Shown here: piece after piece, positions 63,814 to 64,000 of the stretch | Layout of the letters: each line of letters begins with the position of its first letter | Position numbering within the stretch: the stretch's first letter is position 1 | Origin: a virus | Taxonomy: Duplodnaviria > Caudoviricetes | Virus record (IMG/VR): IMGVR_UViG_3300036958_000855 | Coordinates: 19,652-83,651 of that record | DNA length: 64,000 bases | Strand: one strand, 5' to 3' | The notes under the pieces: model-generated | The model's database searches: none | What the model was told of the DNA's origin: nothing | What the model saw: the letters and a program-made list of their open reading frames with translations, nothing else | Made by a program: the position numbers and the translations under genes

Positions 63814-63814
63814 A

Positions 63815-64000
63815 TCAGAATGCCTCCTCGCTCGTTGGCTTCACGGGCGCCGCGGGCGCTTCGTACTCGTTGAGCGGCGCGATGCGCGCCCGCTCCCACT
63901 CCACGGGCAGCGGACCCACGGTCTTTCGCGATGAGCCCAAGCGGTTCTTCGCCACGTAGAACACCATCTGCGTCCCATCGTCGCGCGCGTTGAGCGAGAT
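63815..64000 (-). CDS. DnaB-like replicative helicase, C-terminal fragment
   Basis: Not in the ORF track. ISLNARDDGTQMVFYVAKNRLG... contains the KNRxG motif; upstream of primase; truncated by the window edge. Confidence 0.7.
   Translation of the reverse strand: MSLNARDDGTQMVFYVAKNRLGSSRKTVGPLPVEWERARIAPLNEYEAPAAPVKPTSEEAF

Noticed and set aside
1-64000. tRNA, rRNA, integrase/att sites, transposase, reverse transcriptase/DGR
   Set aside because: None recognised by eye; tRNAscan and HMM searches are needed to exclude them

Overview
This 64 kb window is part of a large, GC-rich tailed-phage genome with a contractile tail (myovirus morphology). Essentially every supported gene is on the minus strand. 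In transcription order (right to left): (1) replication/recombination genes: DnaB-like helicase C-terminus, primase, a UDG-PolA fusion with an intein in motif A, UvsY-like protein, gp32-like SSB, SbcD, SbcC; (2) a candidate DNA-modification pair: a ParB-N/amino-methyltransferase with an entire fold-type-II PLP enzyme inserted inside it, followed by a divergent QueE-like radical SAM gene; (3) accessory genes including an alpha/beta-hydrolase-CHAP fusion, a 5'-3' exonuclease, ParB and a lysozyme-like protein; (4) a dispersed packaging region: probable TerS, an RHH regulator behind a 34-bp palindrome, GH25 lysin, TerL, about 14 small genes, portal; (5) head genes: MuF with a C-terminal HExxH metallopeptidase, an XkdF-type protease that appears split over two genes, major capsid; (6) neck, sheath, tube, a tail chaperone with a -1 frameshift signal, a tape measure with a 201-nt tandem duplication, and baseplate genes. 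Both ends are truncated. I found no integrase, tRNA, rRNA or CRISPR array, so lifestyle and host cannot be determined here. All family assignments are motif recognition by eye, not database searches.
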